A stretch of 64,000 bases of DNA from a virus, in the IMG/VR virus record IMGVR_UViG_3300025889_009691, positions 1 through 64,000 of that record. One strand, 5' to 3'. Under the pieces are notes generated by a model. The model was given only the letters and a program-made list of their open reading frames with translations, made no database searches and was not told where the DNA came from. Below, piece after piece: positions 63,616-64,000 of this stretch (position 1 is the first letter of the stretch; every line of letters starts with the position of its first letter). Position numbers and translations under genes: made by a program.

Positions 63616-63849
63616 ATGTTTACATCAGACGATCTGTATGGAATGGCTCCAGACAAGTTACTAGTTTCTGACGACTTTACTGTCTGGTACGCCTTTTATG
63701 ACGATGAACTATCCGTGCTGTCCAATGCTGAGGGCACGCTTGAAGCTTACAGTTACGACAATAAGTCGGAGTATCGTGAAGTTCGTCGGTTTATTAAAGA
63801 GCAGTATCCTGTGAAAGAGACAAATGCGTACACCTACGATGAAGATTAG
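63616..63849 (+). CDS. small acidic hypothetical protein
   Basis: 77-aa ORF overlapping the next start codon. Confidence 0.6.
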   Translation: MFTSDDLYGMAPDKLLVSDDFTVWYAFYDDELSVLSNAEGTLEAYSYDNKSEYREVRRFIKEQYPVKETNAYTYDED

Positions 63850-64000
63850 ACCCAAAGCTTACACGTTTGATGATGTGCTAATTGTTCCGAAGTATTCGGA
63901 AGTGCGAAGTCGAACAGATGTAGACTTGTCCGTAAAACTAGGCAAGCATCATTTAACGATGCCGTTGATCGCCGCCAACATGGACACAGTATGTGGTCCT
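63839..64000 (+). CDS. IMP dehydrogenase/GMP reductase family protein, N-terminus (runs off the window)
   Basis: Translation [30 protein letters not shown]...[14 protein letters not shown]. Confidence 0.88.
   Translation, partial: MKIRPKAYTFDDVLIVPKYSEVRSRTDVDLSVKLGKHHLTMPLIAANMDTVCGP

Noticed and set aside
1-64000. tRNA/tmRNA genes, integrase, IS elements
   Set aside because: No cloverleaf/T-loop signatures or transposase/integrase motifs found by eye; tRNAscan-SE or ARAGORN would be needed to exclude them.

Overview
The window is a 64-kb segment of a tailed dsDNA phage. It has an HK97-type head (portal, prohead protease, major capsid protein) and a contractile tail (sheath, tube, tape measure, hub, spike/fibre). 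The host is probably an actinobacterium, inferred from WhiB, an r1t-like holin and many leaderless sigma-A-type transcription units. The left part (1-16.4 kb) carries holin-like genes, a bacterial-type RecA, a LicD/cytidylyltransferase/DUF3307 cassette, WhiB, Rad52-like and Cas4-like recombination genes, and a glycosyltransferase/dioxygenase/methyltransferase/ParB/PAPS-reductase cluster. The middle carries an inverted large terminase and an expanded head module with a 3051-aa multidomain protein. Class II RNR, peroxiredoxin, the neck/tail genes and a partial IMPDH/GMP reductase follow. Main findings: (i) a small RNA candidate exposing an anti-Shine-Dalgarno loop, in a genome where many non-structural genes look leaderless and the major structural genes have strong SDs, plus two more structured ncRNA candidates (~450 nt and ~125 nt) carrying orphan SD motifs; (ii) a C_CCT_TTA -1 frameshift that would fuse the portal to a MuF-like domain; (iii) two large putative virion-borne effector proteins (GNAT-like plus HipA/PI3K-like kinase; two ADP-ribosyltransferase-like domains), each followed by a small acidic gene with its own promoter; (iv) head-module proteins built from shared domains separated by candidate Lys cleavage sites. 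All family names come from motif recognition by eye; no searches were run.
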